A DNA stretch of 62,855 nucleotides, the filler included, from Octopus bimaculoides (Eukaryota): assembly GCF_001194135.2 (NCBI RefSeq). It is 4 parts of 3 records of this genome, joined end to end, with 100 filler letters (N's around TTAATTAATTAA, not from the genome) between each part and the next. Parts side by side here need not be neighbours in the genome. Positions count along the whole stretch, not along the records: positions 58,962 to 62,855 come from NW_026295851.1; 3 more parts are not named here. The stretch is one strand, 5' to 3'. Below are positions 62,228-62,855 of the stretch, piece by piece. A program made the translations under genes and the position numbers. The notes beneath the pieces were generated by a model. That model searched no databases and had not been told where the DNA came from. It was given only the letters and a program-made list of their open reading frames with translations. How positions within the stretch are numbered: position 1 is the stretch's first letter; every line of letters starts with the position of its first letter.

Positions 62228-62419
62228 CTCTTTACGTGCTCTCGAAGCTTCATTTAAGTCTTCCCACAACAAACTGATTTGCTTTGCATGTTCCACAATT
62301 TCATCCGATTTATAATGGTTGGCTTCTATCATCTTCTTGGCACTAACATTGATAGCAGTAATGCGGTCTTCACTGGTTTCAAGTTCTTTCATAAATTCAT
62401 CAAATTTGTGTTGGAGTAA
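62228..62419 (-). CDS. SPTBN5: Beta-heavy spectrin exon (192 nt)
   Basis: caattccag acceptor and gtaaaa donor. LLQHKFDEFMKELETSEDRITAINVSAKKMIEANHYKSDEIVEHAKQISLLWEDLNEASRARKE. The four exons splice into one open frame of about two and a half spectrin repeats. Confidence 0.9.
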
Positions 62420-62855
62420 CTGGAATTGTATTTGTGAAAGAGTTGAAAATAGTTAAGTCTCCCAGTTTTTAATTATCTATGATCTTATTATTACTCTTGT
62501 CAATAAACAAAAATTAATATTCCTTTCAGACACACAGACAAACAGGTAATAAATTGTGGGAAAAATCCTCAACACTTAGGTAAATAAGTCAAACTCACCA
62601 TTGATACCTTGGGGCTTTTTTGTTAATATAATGGGCCTATTGACATTCTTTCTGTTGGTTAGGAATCTGGCTGTAAGCAACTGAAAGAATGTCAGTTGAC
62701 CAACTCCACTGACAAGAAACCTAAAGTATCTAAGTTTGACTAATTTACATTAGATATAAATTCACAATTGCAATGGTGTGAATCACAAGTCATGAGACAA
62801 ACTCTCAGTTTCACTAACAGAATATCTGTCTGTCTATATATATATATATATATAT

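Overview
AT-rich, microsatellite-dense eukaryotic scaffold with many N gaps. The mitochondrial 16S relic and the SINE repertoire suggest a coleoid cephalopod, most likely Octopus (inference, not searched). The only confidently supported host gene is four in-phase minus-strand exons (59278-62419) of a beta-heavy spectrin (karst/SPTBN5-type). The rest is mostly mobile DNA: six copies of a tRNA-derived SINE with an (AAC)n tail, other SINE families, decayed Tc1/mariner (DD37D), hAT and pogo transposons, pogo- and Charlie-type MITEs, R4/Dong-like LINE fragments and Penelope-like relics. The most notable items are a ~1.2-kb CpG-decayed NUMT of mitochondrial rrnL fused to a LINE fragment and a hAT transposase relic (possibly one compound unit bounded by a short inverted repeat), three hammerhead-ribozyme-like motifs (one inside a 193-bp cassette bounded by inverted repeats), and an unassigned death-domain-like reading frame. 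Most long ORFs in the supplied track are artefacts of N runs and simple repeats. No CRISPR array or prokaryote-type system is present, and I cannot establish a genuinely new biological system from the sequence alone.
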